Below, piece by piece: positions 24,001 to 35,760 of a stretch of DNA of 39,871 bases (position 1 is its first letter; each line of letters opens with the position of its first letter). The stretch is from the NCBI GenBank assembly GCA_004431415.1, contig QPMI01000636.1, positions 1 to 39,871 on the forward strand, written 5' to 3'. The notes beneath the pieces are model-generated. The model was given only the letters and a program-made list of their open reading frames with translations, had not been told where the DNA came from and made no database searches. Origin of the DNA: Cyanophora paradoxa CCMP329. Taxonomy: Eukaryota > Plantae > Glaucophyta. The position numbers and the translations under genes are program-made.

Positions 24001-24830
24001 CCTCCTCCACGCCAGCCAGTCGACCTTGTCGCGGAACTCGAAGATAACGCGCCGTTTGCCTGGGAAGCCACTGAACGGCTGTACGATGCTATCGAGCGTG
24101 TTGCAAGGCGCGCACGATATCCGCACTTTTCAGGAACAACGGTAAGAATTAAATTCGCCAGACCCAATTTAAGTGAAGTTCGCAATTACAAATCGAGAAG
24201 AGCGAACTTTGATGTTTATAATTAGGACTAGCAGGAGTAACCATGTGTGCAGATGGACGAACCGTCGTTTTTACGGACTGGACGAAACTTTCAAAAGTTC
24301 GCTATTGCAGACGTGGCAGGCGACATTCTTCGCATGTGTCTTGATGCGGATATGGATAAACAGAATTGCCTCTATCGGATCCTCGTAATCAATCAACTGG
24401 ACGTCCTGCACGGCATTGGATCGAAGGTAACGTTGAGAAAGCAAAGGCTCCGACACGTCCGTGACGTTGTAACAGATTGTTTATCCGGACTTCTTGCTTG
24501 AACTCCGCAAACTAGCAGTTCTTACAAGGGGTGCCGAACGTCACTACGTACCCGTGCCGTTCTGGACAATGTATGCAGCTCTCGTTGTTGATGCGTGCGC
24601 GAACCATTGGCTGTAGCTTGCCTGCAATCGGCTTAAATGTGCGAAGAGTGGACGGATGCATCGAGCTGGGGCCGGCGCCAGCAGTTTCTTCCCGTGGAAC
24701 GGAGCGGGGCGGTCACAATGTGAAAGTTACTGCAGGAATCGGGGCACAATCATCTCTGATAACGAGTGCGGCCCGACGAACGCAGGCAAGTTGTGAAAAT
24801 ATCTATTGCAATGCATATTGAATTTCGGTA
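21087..24830 (+). CDS. CACTA/EnSpm TnpD (TNP2)-like DDE transposase, intron-split, with frameshifts
   Basis: Ordered CACTA-type motifs: N-terminal CxCxxC…H twice; EPLFEGCK (cf. PLYPGC); FFFDPTRSFQQLLNSP; ISLATLFNQDF (candidate D1, ~22494); GKPRNFD; IDDLPG (candidate D2, ~23035); HSGEHGHP; DEFHLVKN at 23695 (cf. DVMHIEKN); LGPAPAVSSRGTERGGHNVK (candidate E, ~24702). Confidence 0.8.
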
Positions 24831-24859
24831 TTGGAGACGTTTGAACGGATTTTGTTTGC

Positions 24860-26064
24860 AGGAAATGGGAGCCCTTGCCGTCCTGCAGCATGCAACAAGC
24901 GAGTTCTTGAACAAAATTCCACACCTTCTTGACACGGAAAAAGCCGGTGCCATTCGGAAGGGCAAACGTGGCTACAGCTACGATATTCACACAGCTGGCG
25001 TCGAATACAGTAAGAAAACCAAACCAGAGCTGGGGTTCATTCTTGAAGGAAGGTTCGAAATTCGAATTCGCAATTGCCGCCGCCAGCTGCAGATCTAGAG
25101 TCTAGATCTGCCCCACATTGATGACAAACTCGCATTAATTCTGCACAGTGATGACAATCACGATGAAGAGTACGGTGGCTTAATCTCTTCGTTTTGCGAG
25201 CGGGAGGAGCTGTTCGGAAATCCCCGTATCTGGCCGTTTTCTTCGACCTCTACGTTGACGAGCGAGAGCGATTCATAGAGACTAAAGGCACCTGGTTCGA
25301 ACCATCCGGATATCGATCCGCCCCTTGTTTGTTTCTTCGTGATCATGATCAGCATGCGCACCCAGGCCGAGCTGGGAATACACGATAGAACCTGTATTGC
25401 CGGAGGCTGGGCCCTGGCGTCCGATGGATCCGCACTTCTCCAGCATGCCTCGAGAATGGATTGGCGTCCCACCTCGAAAGGGAACTATGTATCCTTGCTT
25501 TTACGCCAACCACCACCTGTTCATTTCCAGCGAACTCTCAACCGACAAGCACGACAGCTCATTCATGTCCTTTATCGCGATGGTTCCCCGACGGCAGCTC
25601 TGCGACGAGGGGGGCCATCCCTACCCTATCATTCCCTCGGGCGAATGGGTTACCTCAGCGCCGAGGAGATCCAAGCGCATCCTGACCGGCGAGAGCCGGT
25701 CCGGCGCTATGCTCGTGCCAGAGGCCTTTTCGAGTTCGCCCACGCAAAGGCACCCGGGGGTGCGTTTCGCATCATTCGAGCTGCGGTCTACCCCTTCTCA
25801 GCTTGCTCGTTTATGCCCAACTTGAACTGCGACCGAATCGACATCACCAAAGAGGACCCTCTCTGTCGTTGGGTGTGGCCTGACACCATCGAGCCTTGGC
25901 GCCTGATGCCTCTCCCCGACCACACATCGTCGCAATTCGAGCGTGTGCTCCCTAACCCAACAATCGATCACCTTATCAGAGCTCAGCAGTGCTTCCCAGA
26001 TAAGGGAGAGGTTAGGAACTTTCTTGGCGAGCGGCTGCCGTTCACGTCCCTGCGTAAAACGTAG
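24860..26064 (+). CDS. 3' exons of the transposase gene or a second gene; possible BAH-like domain
   Basis: A 241-codon ORF at 25339-26064 plus upstream exons. SPYLAVFFDLYVDERERFIETKGTWFEP resembles the BAH pattern PY.A.I..L..D…WF. Confidence 0.4.
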
Positions 26065-26143
26065 CCTACAGCTGCATGCGCAAGACGTCATTTATGCAAA
26101 TAATTAGCTTGTAACAAATTTATTATTTCTTGTGGCCTGCGGC

Positions 26144-26823
26144 ATGCAGCCGCAGAGCCTCGGAGGCCCGGGCCTTTCGGATCCGGTCCTGGTGATAAAG
26201 CACACAATCATGATTCTTCTGATCATGAGCCCTTCGAGCTCGTGATCATGAAGCCTCAGGCCTCGGTACCAGGGCGACTCGGCGAGCTCGACGCATGGCC
26301 AGTCATGATCAAAAAGCTCGTGTCTCGTAGCAAGCAACCCTCCGGGCCCAGCCTAGAAGACACACGGCGCTGATGATGGGAGCTCGAGCCTCGAGAAAGC
26401 CTCAGGCCTCCTTTGAGGCCCAGGGACATGCGCTGGTCATAGACTCTAGATCTGAGAGCCTCGGAGCTCGAGCTTGTGATCATGTGCATCGGATCATGAC
26501 GCCGCTGAGCCTCACTGGGCTCAGGCCTCGGCAGCTCCCTTTGAGGCTCCGGATCCCTGATCATGACTTAATGCAGCCGCAGAGCCTCGGAGGCCCGGGC
26601 CTTTCGGATCCGGTCCTGGTGATAAAGCACACAATCATGATTCTTCTGATCATGAGCCCATCGAGCTCGTGATCATGAAGCCTCAGGCCTCGGTACCAGG
26701 GCGACTCGGCGAGCTCGACGCATGGCCAGTCATGATCAAAAAGCTCGTGTCTCGTAGCAAGCAACCCTCCGGGCCCAGCCTAGAAGACACACGGCGCTGA
26801 TGATGGGAGCTCGAGCCTCGAGA
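26144..26823. repeat. 253-bp direct duplication (26144-26396 and 26571-26823) between convergent genes
   Basis: Near-identical copies with period 427 bp, rich in tcatga, gagctc and aggcct palindromes. Confidence 0.92.
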
Positions 26824-27021
26824 TCCGCATGATGGGCCGGAGCCACTAGGACGATTAATATTTAATTATGCCTCTGTCCCCTCATGATCAGCGAGGACGG
26901 CTTATGCACATGATGATCATGACGTGCGTGCATGCGCGTGCACGTGTGAATGCCTGCAGGCGCAGTTGCTTCCTCATCAATTCAAATCTATTACTTCCTA
27001 ATTCCTCAAAAAGCTACTCTC

Positions 27022-27812
27022 CTAATTCCTAATAAAGCTACATTCTCCCCTACACATAGATGCGATTCGGCCTTTTGCAATTGGGTCGGCGGCACTCGGG
27101 CATTTGCATATTTGCTCTTGGCTGCTGTCGTCGAGGGGTTCCGACTGGAGGCCCGGAGGTCGTGAATTCGAAGAATGTGGGAATGTGACTACGTCAAGCA
27201 CGTACCGAATACTTCCACGTGAGGGGATCACCTGGCTCAATGTCTAACAAAGCATAAAACCCAAAACGATATCTGTCACCAACCATCACTGGTCGAAGCT
27301 CGACGTTCGGTTTGCAGCTGTGATTCTGCAGCACTGGCCAGCCCCGGCTGCCATATCCAGCAACCTGCACGCGCAGGCCTGTTCAAGCAAGTAGGAAGGG
27401 TACTTGTAATTGGAAGAAAGAACGGAATAACCAGTTGAGAAGATGTTTCAGTCGAACATGCGTTGTGAGCCGCGTAGCTTTCGACCGGGAACTTGCTCTG
27501 GACCTGTTGCATTTGTTCCCCAGAAGCTCTCCCAAAAACATGCCTGCTCGTATTCTGGGGGCCCACTTCGGGTTCCGGATGCCAACACCACAGTCATTCT
27601 GCTCGTCGAAAACTTCCACGGAAATACTTGAAGACTGACCCACGATCTTGAAGTTCCGATTTCCGCAATCGGTAGTGCCATAAGAGCAGTTGAAAGGAGT
27701 GCACTGGTATTCGGAAACAATGTTGTGGCAAGCAGGAGAATCGCGGCAAAGAAGCAGACGTGACCCCGTGGCCCGAAGCAGACGCAGCAATCATGGCTCA
27801 GTTGTTCTCTCA
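27022..27812 (-). CDS. AWS-SET-postSET domain exons (Set2/NSD/ASH1-like architecture)
   Basis: Canonical NHSCxPN and DIxxGxxLTxxY motifs after splicing, flanked by Cys-rich AWS and post-SET motifs. Confidence 0.9.
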
Positions 27813-30800
27813 CTGCCGCGCGGAACAGCGCGGTCAAAAATCGAACAGCGCTAGAACAACGCTCACGAACCGGCTTTTGGAATATGTGGAAACTGGAAGT
27901 TAGAATTGTAAGCCTTGATAACCTCATTCATCCGCTTTTTTGCCAGCTCCGATCCATCATGTGAAATTCGGGCCTGGTTTGGAGGGCGAGTATGATAAAG
28001 TTTCTGAACGTGTTCCAGGATGTGCGGAGAGGACTCAATTCTGGAGTTCTGAGCTCGGACTTCCGAGATGTACCTGCAAACGAGCACATGAAAAGGAAGA
28101 ATACGAAGCTGAACCCTCCCGAACCTGAGTTCAAGTTCTTTGATGTGCTCTTCAGGGGAAGCCGTGATATCGTGATTGATGAAACGCGCCATAAGGTGCA
28201 GAGTAAGTTTCTCCTTGAATTCTTCGAGAGAAATCGGATACGTGTACGAAGCCTGCTTCTCGTATTCTTCCTCATGCAGCTGCCCTGTTGGGTACCACAT
28301 CTGCAACGTCGGAGGCCTAACGGCGCCAGACGCGTCGAGAATGTCGTTCAGACATTCAGACAACTGGAGTAAGAAGTCGCCTGCATGGACTCCGCACTGC
28401 CGTTAAGCCTTCAGTACCGGTAAATTTCAGCAATGCGAGCAATTGAAATGCCGACCGACAATGTGAACGCGTCCTGAGCAGTTGACGTGGAGCAGGGAAA
28501 TAAATCGATTCGACAGACACGGTCCTCAAGTCGTGTTTCCGGCAACCAGCGGTCACATCCTCGCATGCTCGAAAGCATCTCACCAGCGATGACAGCCGAG
28601 TTTTGAAAGTAGGTCCCAAGAGAATCGTAAAAACCATTCCCGGCCCATCCGAGAAACTCAAAAGCACGTGAGCAGTCCTTTGCGATGAAAAAAATAAGCG
28701 AAACGATATTGTTATACGTTAAAAGAAATAGATTACCAGTGGAATGCCTCTTCCAATACGAAGGCGACCCCGGGCGCTGGTTTGCGGTGCCGTTCCAGAG
28801 ATGCAATCTTGGAGACAATGCTCTCAACGACATTTCCATGGAATTCTAGGGGTCGGATTCCAAGTTGACGCATCAACTGTTTCGCACCAACAATCTCCAA
28901 AACTGTTTATAATTATGCTCGAAATTAGGCAATGGAAGACTTGAGATGATCATTACGCACAATTCTGCATGTGGATGTCATTGAAAGGGTCACCCAGCGT
29001 GTGCTCTGGAAGAAAAGCGAAGCCTCCCGTGAATTCCGGCAACTCCGGCACGTCAGCAAGCGGACGCTCAAGTCGTTCTGGTTCGAGGCGAAACACGTGA
29101 AATGCGTCCACGTTGTACGTTGAGTACAATCCTTGAGGGACAGTTCGTGGCCGAAGCCTTGCCTGCCTTGAAACTGAATCTGAATTCCCGTCGATCACCT
29201 TGTTGGCGCAGCTGAGAATTCCCAGGTAATTGAAACGACCAAGAAGTCTGCAGTGATGCACATCGCGTTCCGACCATGGATGATGGGAAAGTATCTTTTG
29301 GAAAACAGGATGTCAAAACAGCTTTGCTTAGAGTAAAAAAGACAGCAACTTGGACCCACCAGGAAGCCCGAGGCGCACTGAACCGCAAGACGGACGAAGA
29401 TTGATTCGCGAATATCGTGTTCCATCACTTGATCACTAATAACAGCGTGCGTAATTCTGCATTCATCACATTAAACAGAGAAGTAGGTGGAATCCATATG
29501 TAAGAAAAAAGGGAGCTCACCCAGACTTCCGAAGTCGGCAAGCCCGGCTTCGCCGATAACCAGCTCTGTGCGTTGTGTATACGCCTCGAGCAACGCAATC
29601 ACTTCTGGGAATTCGCTGAACATAACGGATCGGCACTGCTGAAGAAAGGATATCTGAAGTTTTTTGAAGCTTGCGAGAAACATCTGCAAGATTTCGAATC
29701 CGACGAGTTTCTTCAGACGAAATGGAAGCTGCCTCTCCATGAGAGCAAATATGAGGCTGAGCTGCCTCAGAACGCCACCTGAACCTGCTCCTATGTCCGC
29801 AATCACAACCTCTGGCGAGTCCAGCTCCAAAGTCGAGTTCCCTTCCGGCAAGACCCCCCGGAAATGAACTCTGCTATCGTTTTGATGTCAACGAGGCCGA
29901 GCTCGCCATAATTCAAAGATCGAGAGAGCGATCCAATGGATGAGGCTTTCATGTTGTCTTGTTTCTTCAGAATGCTGGGCAGACTCTCCTTCCGGATATG
30001 AAAACGCATATCGTACACCGCTCCAGCTTCATCCGCATAGCGACCATTTGTGACAACCTCAGCCGCGAGTTGCCAGCGCCGTGGAAAGTTGTCACATCGA
30101 CTGAATTCAATCATGCCACGGGAGCAAGAAACGACAAGCGGGGCGACTTCGTTTTCTCGCTTCTTGCGCTTCACTGGCTTGTCGCCTTCGAATCACTCAG
30201 AATTAAAAAAACCAGAAACATTTAAGACGCTCGAACCGACATACGGAGCTGAAGCTAAAGATTGGAGGACTCTCGCTGCAGCCTGACGCCTGCCACCGCT
30301 GCTGGCCGTGGTGCGCGATGCACTGGAGTCAACAGATGCGTCTGAGGAATTGGGATCGTCGTTCGCGCCGTATGGCTTCTGGCTGAAGTCTATTGCTGAG
30401 TCGTTTCCGGCTGAACGCGTTCTTTTAATTCCCTGGCCAGGCTCTGGTCCGAAATCAACGCCTGACACGCGGGGTATCAGTTCAGAGATGGAAACATGAG
30501 CCATGATTCATGCATATGCTCACCGGGTATATTCTGAGTAAGGTAAGCCCAAATTTGATGCGTGTTCGGAAGTCGACCAGACGGTGTGCGAGCGGAAGGG
30601 TCCTTCGAATTCTTGATAGCGTACCGGTACCACGACACCCTCCAGTTGCTCAACTGTGGATGCGTTTTAGGCCGATCCGTACTGGGCTGCTGCGGTAGGT
30701 CGCTGCGCATGCTCTTCCGGCGCCGTTTGACGGTGACGGGCCGATGTGCAGCTAAAGGGCGTGGGAACTCATGATCATGATCACGATTCTCATGGCAGGT

Positions 30801-31380
30801 TGGCGAATTCCGTGCCGGAGAGCTGTTGGAAGAACTGCTTCCGCCTGGAAGCTGCAGCTGCTCTTCCGCCTGGAATAAGCGCTCGCTTTCGGACTCATCG
30901 CTCGCTGACTGTTCACCGTACGAAAAATCGGTCTTGGTACGATCAAGAGACCGCAAGTGAAGTTTACGAAGTTCCTCGAATCGCCAGGGAGTCTGATCTT
31001 CAGAGCTAGAAGCCAGTCGCTGGCGACCGTCTCGGCATACTTCAATAGGGCACGCGAGCTCGATGTCGAAAGCTTCTTTACCCAATCCAGAAGTTCGGCG
31101 GGGTTTGCCGGATGGCCGACATTCACAGAAGGAAAATTCGCGTTTTCCAGCATATCGAGAACGACATTGGCGGCTTCAGCAGTGATGTCTGATATGACCT
31201 GCAAAGATGATGGGATGACAACAGGTGTGCAGAGAAGGTTGAAGATTACCTTCCTGTGGAGGGCGTCGTCTGTTTTCACACCGAAGGATGCGAAGAAATC
31301 TGTTGGCAGCTGAGGAGCATCGTCGTCGCCGTCACTCGATGAGCTCGAGCTCGAGGAAGCGTACGGTGCTGCATTCGATT
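27022..31380 (-). CDS. Multi-exon chromatin-modifier gene: DOT1-like SAM methyltransferase + Ulp1/SENP-like protease + AWS-SET-postSET lysine methyltransferase (5' end uncertain)
   Basis: DOT1-like: NYGELG…VIADIGAGSGGVLRQ…KLVGFEI (29680-29915). Protease-like: FHW…FYDSLG…Q…SCGVH (28385-28745). AWS: CCVC…CRDSPACHN…QCTPFNCSYGTTDCGN. SET: VEVF…GVGIR…IRAGMFLGELLGE…QNHSCKPN…ALLDIEPGDPLTWKY. PostSET: CKC…CRG. GT-AG introns at 27145-27205, 27379-27457, 27813-27870, 28397-28455, 28678-28736, 28903-28960 and 29457-29520. Several 1-nt homopolymer corrections are required. Confidence 0.75.
29200..29920 (-). CDS. DOT1-like class I SAM-dependent methyltransferase domain
   Basis: YGE motif upstream of motif I (DIGAGSG), then GFEI as post-I. 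This matches the Dot1 order YGE…DLGSGxG…GxE. A frameshift lies in the C6 run at 29854-29859. Confidence 0.68.
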
Positions 31381-31779
31381 AAAAAGCGCGGATGAAGCCC
31401 GAGCACACGGGCAGATGCAGCTTTTCTTTCGCACATGAGAGCGGTGGAGAGAATGCCCTGTTTCCTCGAGCTGCTGCCCGAACCAAGACTGGCGGCGTCC
31501 TCGGAGAACGCGGTGCGACGGAGGGCTGCGAGGATAAGAAGAAGCCCGCACAGTCAAGTTTTAGAATGGCCGCTCACTCTCAGATGGTCAGATTCACGTG
31601 AAGGACTTGGGGGGTCCCAATGCTGCGCGAAGCTCAGATCTAGATTGCTGGAGGACGCTCAAATCGCTGGTTTCTAAGAACGGACGGAGCTCGTGGCACC
31701 AACTGGGCCGGAGGGCAGAAAGGTGTGCGCGGATCCTGGAGCCGGAGGCGGGGGGAGCCGGATAGCGGGGGGAGCCGGA

Positions 31780-31890
31780 TATAAGAAGCAATAAGAAGTA
31801 AGAAGTAAGAGTAAGAAGCTGTAAGCTAAGAAGCTGCGTAGAAAGAAGCTCATTGAAGGGGAAGAAGCTTTTGAAGTAAAGAAGCTCTAG
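31780..31890. repeat. Purine-rich simple repeat (taagaag-like)
   Basis: ataagaagcaataagaagtaagaagtaagagtaagaagc…. Confidence 0.7.
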
Positions 31891-31959
31891 ACACAGCAAT
31901 TGCAAGCAGGCAGCCAACCACGTGCACGGACCGAGCTCGTACGGCACTGCGATGGAAGC

Positions 31960-32391
31960 TCAGATTTCAAAGCGAAGGTATGGCGTGAGGTTGCCTTGAG
32001 TAAGAAAGGCTTCCCGCTCTGGTTCTGGTCCTGTACATGTGGCCACGCGTGTGTGAAGGGCGTGCATAGCGTATCCACATGTACATGCACGTACCGCGGC
32101 CGGTACGCCGCGGCCTGACTGGATTCTTGCAGCCTCCCATTGTTTGAGGACTTCTCGAAACCGCTCGGGAGCACCTGGGATCATGCGGAGCCGGCCGAGC
32201 AGTGCCGCTTGGCGCTTCTTGTAGGTTTCGAGCGGAGCGTCCGGTGGGGGCAGTTCATGTTCCTTTTGGGAAAGCCGCAAGACCAGAGCGATCGGCTTCA
32301 GGAGCTCGCACATGCGCTTCTGGAACAAAACCTCCTCATTCGAACTCTGGAAGGCGCCCAAGCGCGTTGGAGAGGTCAGAGATGTGGGCAT
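31960..32391 (-). CDS. Hypothetical protein, possibly an upstream exon set of the chromatin gene
   Basis: Helical-looking MPTSLT…EEVLFQKRMCELLKPIALVLRL…FREVLKQWEAARIQS, followed by a gtacgt…tacag intron candidate. Confidence 0.35.
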   Translation of the reverse strand: MPTSLTSPTRLGAFQSSNEEVLFQKRMCELLKPIALVLRLSQKEHELPPPDAPLETYKKRQAALLGRLRMIPGAPERFREVLKQWEAARIQSGRGVPAAVRACTCGYAMHALHTRVATCTGPEPEREAFLTQGNLTPYLRFEI

Positions 32392-32661
32392 GCGCACACG
32401 CCGCAATCGCGCTACGCATGCTAGTTGCGATAGAAGCACGGCCGGGAGAGCTGGCCGGCGCCGAGAGAGCACGGCCGGCGCCGAGAGAGCTGCGGGTGGT
32501 TGTGTAGGCAAGCTCTGTTCTTGTGTACGGACCTGTTTTGCTCTTAGCATTCTGTTCTACCGTCTTGACGACGTCGACCGGCAGACGAACTCTGTACCCC
32601 CTTGCGCGCCGTGCCTCGGCCGTGGCCACCGTAGCGCGCAGCGGCTGCCTTTGGCGGCGCG

Positions 32662-35629
32662 ATGAACAGCTTCAGAGAGCCTTTCTTTGACTCTGACTGC
32701 TTGAGTCGTCACTGGCATGGTACTTCTTTAGCTTTTCCCCGGGAACCGCGATACCGCGAACTGCAAAGAAGTGCGGGGATGATTGCTGACGTTTTCGCGG
32801 TGCCGCAGAGCCCCTGCCCCAGATATGCGGCGACTGGATACGACGGTATGTAAACGCCACAGAAACGACGTGCCAAACAGATCTAGACTGCCATACGCAG
32901 AACCCACATGCTGCCCTTCTTGAATTACAGGCATCGAAGTCGACTATGGCAGCCTTGTCGGCAGCGTCAGCCGCCATCAATGCTACGCTTAGGTAACAGG
33001 CGCAGCAGAGCTCGAGCAAGTGCAGTTTGGCGTTCTTACTCGTTCTTACTCGCAGAGCAATCATCGCAACGGACCCCGTGAACTTCGCTGACCCAAACAA
33101 GCAAGTGTGCCTTCTTCTGATAGGCCTAGTTCAGCTTCACGGTCGTCCTCTAGCCTTGCGTGCTTTCCGGTGCGAATGCGCGGCGTTGCCTTCATCGCTG
33201 CCTGCCGGCTCTGTGTCTGAAGCTGTCGATCTTTCTGATCTGGCAGGGCGTGTGCCGACCTGCCAGACGGAGAAGTCGAGAGGCTCGAATCTGATTTACG
33301 TGTACATGCATATGATTGCAATTCGCACATGCACGTCCCAGATGGCGCTGGATCATTCAGTGTGGATCAAATCGAAAGAGCGCACGTATTCAACTGGTCT
33401 CTTCTTTTCAGTCAGATCTTCGCGTTTCTTCGCCAAGGCCGGATGGCTCTGGATTCACAATGGAGTCGGTTCATCGAAGCACGAGATAGCGATTGTGCTG
33501 GGGCTTGGGGATCTTCGTCATTGTCAGTGCTCTCGCAAGTTGAAGATGTGTCTCCGTCCGAAATGTAAGTAGTAGTGTTATGCTTGGAGTGAAATGATTG
33601 ATTCTTTTTCAGGTTTATCTTCCGTGCTCTTTCGGATCCTATGGGGATAGGGTCGTCTTCTATGGTGCATGATAACTGGCCATCTTCAGAATTGCAAGAA
33701 TCTCGCGATGTACCTTTCTCTATCGGTCTGTCACATTACAATGTAGTTCAATCTGTAGCATACAATCATGTTTGGCGCACAGTGGACATCAATTCTCACC
33801 GGAAGGACATCGATGATAAACTGAGTCAGCTCTGCGACGGTTTCAAGTTTGTGACGCTCTCGCATGCGGGGAGCGCGTCTGATCTGGAGTCAGTCGTCAA
33901 TGAGATAGCGTGCCTGGTACGCAGTCAATTCTCTTGTGCAATTGTGGATCCGTTTCTTCTGATTTCGTCACCAGCTTGCACGCACTGCAAAGCTAAAATG
34001 CCCTTTGGGGGCGTATGTGTGGACTAAAGGCTGCTGGGGAACGTCAAGGGGCGCTCTCGGGCCGAATGTTCGAAATCGAAGGCGGTCGCCAGCACCAGCA
34101 AATGCCATCAATGGACGGTAGACTGTGTTAACCTTTATTTTGTCCGTCGACTTCAACTCTTGACCGATCAGGGAAACCCACCTTGTTATCCCGTGTGTGT
34201 ACGATAAACTTCCTCCCGACCAGCAAATGCCCGGAAACAATCAAGCACACTTCGCCATTTCTCAAATTCGGAAGGTATTCATTAACATGTGCGCCTGATT
34301 CCGCTGAAGTGGTCCCGACCTTCGACTTAGATAATAGAAGAACGCCGAACGAGCGCGAAATCCATCACTGTACAGGAGCTTGAGAGCTCGCATCCCTTTG
34401 CAAAGCTTCCTATCAAGGTCAGTTGGAATCACGGTCCGAGCAGCATTCTGGTTCTGTTTGGAACCGAATCTTTTAGGTTATCATCATGGAGGCAGTTCAA
34501 ATGGATTCTTTTGACGGAATCCGGTTCATTTCGAAGGAATTTCTTATCGAGTTATCGAAGCTTAGCAAGGAATTCGGAATCGCACTGTTGGTCGACGAAT
34601 CAATAACAGGTGAGCAGCTGTACATGTGTGCGCGCATAACAGGGAGAGTGACAATGTCCGCACTTCACGCGCAGCCATGTGTCGTACAGCGAAGTCTTTC
34701 TTCGCATTTGAACAGTTTGTGAGCACTGTGCAGAACTCGAATACGAAGGACGAGATTCTTGTGCACGGCGTGCTTACGGGGAAAACGATGCTTCCGTCGT
34801 GTATTCTCGTGCGCGCTCAGCATTGTTCGCTCTCGCCGAGGGCATTGAGAGCATCAGGCGTGATGCAGGTAAAAGAAATGCCTGGTGGAGTAGATCCATG
34901 GAAGCGGACGTTCAACATTCCAGCGGAAGAATTTGCAAATGATGTTTTTGCCGGTACGATTTCACACTTGTAGTTTTCTGAGAAACACTTTCATTGCCTC
35001 TCTGCAGAGTATATAACTGTGCAGCCGTATCGTGACGCTTTGATCAGGACATCTTGTGTTTTGGATAAAAGTTCGTGTTTGTGTCCTAATCGTTACCACC
35101 TCTCATGCATATCCTCTAGTTTGCAAAATGCGCACTCGATGTCCAGACTTCTTCCAAAGCCTTGCAGCTCTGTCGACCAAAATTTTCCATCTCTTTGAGG
35201 ACTTCGAATTTGGCCTGCGAGCTTCGCTTTGGAGGCGACGGAAATCTTCTATCCGTCCGGCCGCTTGGCTAGCAGCTCGGGAAGTCTCCCGCTACTCGGA
35301 TTGCGATCTATCCTACAGTACATCCGTAAATGACATCAAATACGAGGCGGGGCAAGCAGTTTCGCATGCCGGTACGATTATAGTGTATTGCTTTTCATAA
35401 TTTTCTGCGAAAGCGCATTTGTTTGCTTTTCATTAATTTTTGCGCCTGTGCAGGATTCCTGTTCGCAGTGCCGACTGTTGTCGCAGACAATTTGCCCCAG
35501 TTCATTTACACGCGCATTGCCCAATGCGAAGTAGCATCTTATCATCGGTACATTTTTCCAATCGATTGCAATTTCCAGAGGCTGGTGCAGCGATTTGCAC
35601 GTGCCAAGCGTACAAAACTATCGCTTTAG
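32662..35629 (+). CDS. Multi-exon gene with a class-III (PLP-dependent) aminotransferase-like domain
   Basis: Splicing out intron 34610-34674 gives VIIMEAVQ…FISKEFLIELSKLSKEFGIALLVDESITAMCRTAKSFFAFEQF…VLTGKTM. This matches the class-III pattern EPxQ…LIxDExxTGxGRTG…FAxE…GK. 5' exons are approximate. Confidence 0.68.
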
Positions 35630-35760
35630 ATGGTAAAGTCTATTTTTTAAGAAGAACGAGCGCGCTTGGGCTTGACCGCACTTGGGCTTGCAACAGGGTC
35701 CTCGAATGCCCTACGGCGAAACCAGCGCGCGCTGTCAATGCATCGTCTGTCAAGAGTAAG

